Source: Trichoplax adhaerens
Taxonomy: Eukaryota > Animalia > Placozoa
Direction of reading: 5' to 3'
Assembly (NCBI RefSeq): GCF_000150275.1
Contig: NW_002061098.1
Span: forward strand, 1-11,012
Length of the DNA: 11,012 nt
Both the position numbers and the translations under genes were made by a program. The notes beneath the pieces are model-generated. The model had not been told where the DNA came from, searched no databases, and saw only the letters and a program-made list of their open reading frames with translations. This document shows, in pieces, positions 9,409 through 11,012 of this stretch (position 1 is the stretch's first letter; the number at the start of each line of letters is the position of its first letter).

Positions 9409-9414
9409 TTTATA
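9409..9414 (-). promoter_or_regulatory. Candidate TATA box (TATAAA) for the minus-strand gene
   Basis: TATAAA ~85 nt upstream of the ATG at 9324; the motif is common in AT-rich DNA. Confidence 0.2.
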
Positions 9415-9989
9415 GTAGAAAATCTATCACAAATTTTAGTGACTATAGAAATTCTGCGTAAATATTTTTAGAGTTAAATGCGTACATGGCTTTACGTATA
9501 GGCTCAGATACTGACTATATATTCCAAATTTGCTATTGATATGATCAAGGAATGAAGTTAAAGAAATTAAGGGCCTAAGGAAACTAGTATTTCTACAATA
9601 GCAATAATAACAGTTAAACGAAAGACAGTACATGAGAGCCAACACATGAATGCCAACACGACTGTTATTAAGAGTGAAAAACACTCTTTCCATTATAAAA
9701 ATTTTACTATTAACTTATAAGATATTCCATCAATTGCTATAATTTATAGTACCTTTCAATCGTATAATTAGAGCTACTCAGAAATTTAAAAAATTTGCCA
9801 CTTGATAGATTATACTGATGAAAAGGCTTAGAGTATATATCGTAAACGACTAAAAAATTAGGAAAATATTATGTTTGGCCACTAGATTACCTCATAAAAA
9901 CGCTACTGAAAATGTAATCATGATACATCTTAAGTATCATTAAATTAAAGTAAAATATTCAATGAACACCATTAAGATATTATCGAGAT

Positions 9990-11012
9990 CTGTAGAATAA
10001 CTCATACCAATTATTGTCGGCATATCTTTTTTTTAAATACAGGCAAGTAGAAAATGCCAACAGCTTGAGAAGAGAGTAAAGTGTATGATCGGAAATAAAA
10101 GGGTTACTATTAAATTCGTTTATCCGTGTGACCTTTAAAGCTGTTACTATTATTTTTGGTAGCATAAACAGATGATCAACTCAAATTGTAATAGTATTAA
10201 GAAGAATTCTAATTAATTTAAATTACTTACTGACTCGTATTTATTGAAATAATTGCGGAGGCTATACAGGTACCGTAATTTCTTAACAAATAAATTAGTA
10301 AGGTAAAGTATTGAATATAACCCTAGTTCAGGATATCTGACTAACTGAGACTATACATTACGACAAGGGTTGGAGTTTCCGAATTCATATTAGTATATAT
10401 ATATATAATTAAAACTCTTTACATGCTATATTTACCAATACCGGCCTATATCAATAACACTGACCCACCTATCTCTGATATTTACAACATTCGCATTGCT
10501 TAGCTACGTAAAATATCATAATCCGAGTACAATTTAATACATGAGAGAATGATGAAGCTGTCATTTAGCCAACGGATGGAGCAGCATACGTTGACACGAT
10601 ATATTAGAGCATTGTTTACAATACTGTAATTTAGTGTAATGCATAGTAAAATGTATTCATACGTCCAACACTGCTTATGCAATTATTTTTAATTTTTCTA
10701 GCACGTATGGAAGCTATCGAATATTATATCAGTGTTGAAGAAAATAATTCTGGAAGTAACAACGAATAGTAATCACGTGATAAAAGATAGCCGGAAGTGG
10801 TTAACCTTATCTTGTGATAACTGCATGATTCCAATCTATGAATAAACTGACCAATATTTGCTTGGCGATCAAATATTAATAGAACAGATTAGCTGCAACA
10901 CTACAACTAGACTTGATTTCCTTAGTAATACTAAGTAATGCATGTCTCAAAAACTACCATCTCCTACCAATTGCAAGTTACAGCAACCATAGTTCTCGCT
11001 AGATTACCAATG
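9990..11012 (-). pseudogene. Possible decayed class A GPCR relic (TM2-TM7), running off the window end
   Basis: NLA near 11000; CSVAANLFY...LVSLFIDWNHAVI (DWN at 10836-10828; TGG and AAT are each one change from CGG/TAT, giving DRY); SFIT*LLFVV (TGA 10775-10773, TM4 W); YAAP (TM5-like); NSNPFI or FPIIH near 10110-10080 (TM7-like). Multiple stops and frameshifts. Confidence 0.35.

Noticed and set aside
9436-9693. 85 aa minus-strand ORF
   Set aside because: No recognisable motif or splice context; compatible with chance.
1-11012. tRNA, rRNA, CRISPR array or prokaryotic operon
   Set aside because: No cloverleaf, rRNA motif, regularly spaced repeats or dense ORFs were seen.

Overview
AT-rich (roughly 30% GC by eye) eukaryotic genomic DNA, most likely from a compact invertebrate animal genome. 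The 64-97 bp GT-AG introns and class A GPCR-like relics fit a placozoan-like genome, but that is a guess. No intact protein-coding gene can be supported. The window holds: (1) a decayed ~8-exon minus-strand gene (9324-5840). After repairing one stop and one 1-nt frameshift, its N-terminal ~185 aa read as a signal peptide plus a 4-Cys helical domain. By eye this resembles short-chain four-helix cytokines (CSF-1/SCF/IL-15 type), and it is followed by a Ser/Thr-rich region. (2) A decayed L1/Tx1-like LINE reverse transcriptase region (~3040-4700) and two ~79% identical dispersed repeat copies (53-1263, 7688-8248) that look like LINE 3' ends. (3) A 633 bp TG...CA solo-LTR-like insertion (430-1062) with a perfect 5 bp target-site duplication; the empty site is visible in the other repeat copy. 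(4) A ~230 bp MITE-like element with terminal inverted repeats and a four-fold repeated 21 bp motif. (5) Up to three heavily decayed rhodopsin-class GPCR relics. (6) A 240 N assembly gap. All protein-family calls come from manual translation and motif spacing and need HMM or structure confirmation.
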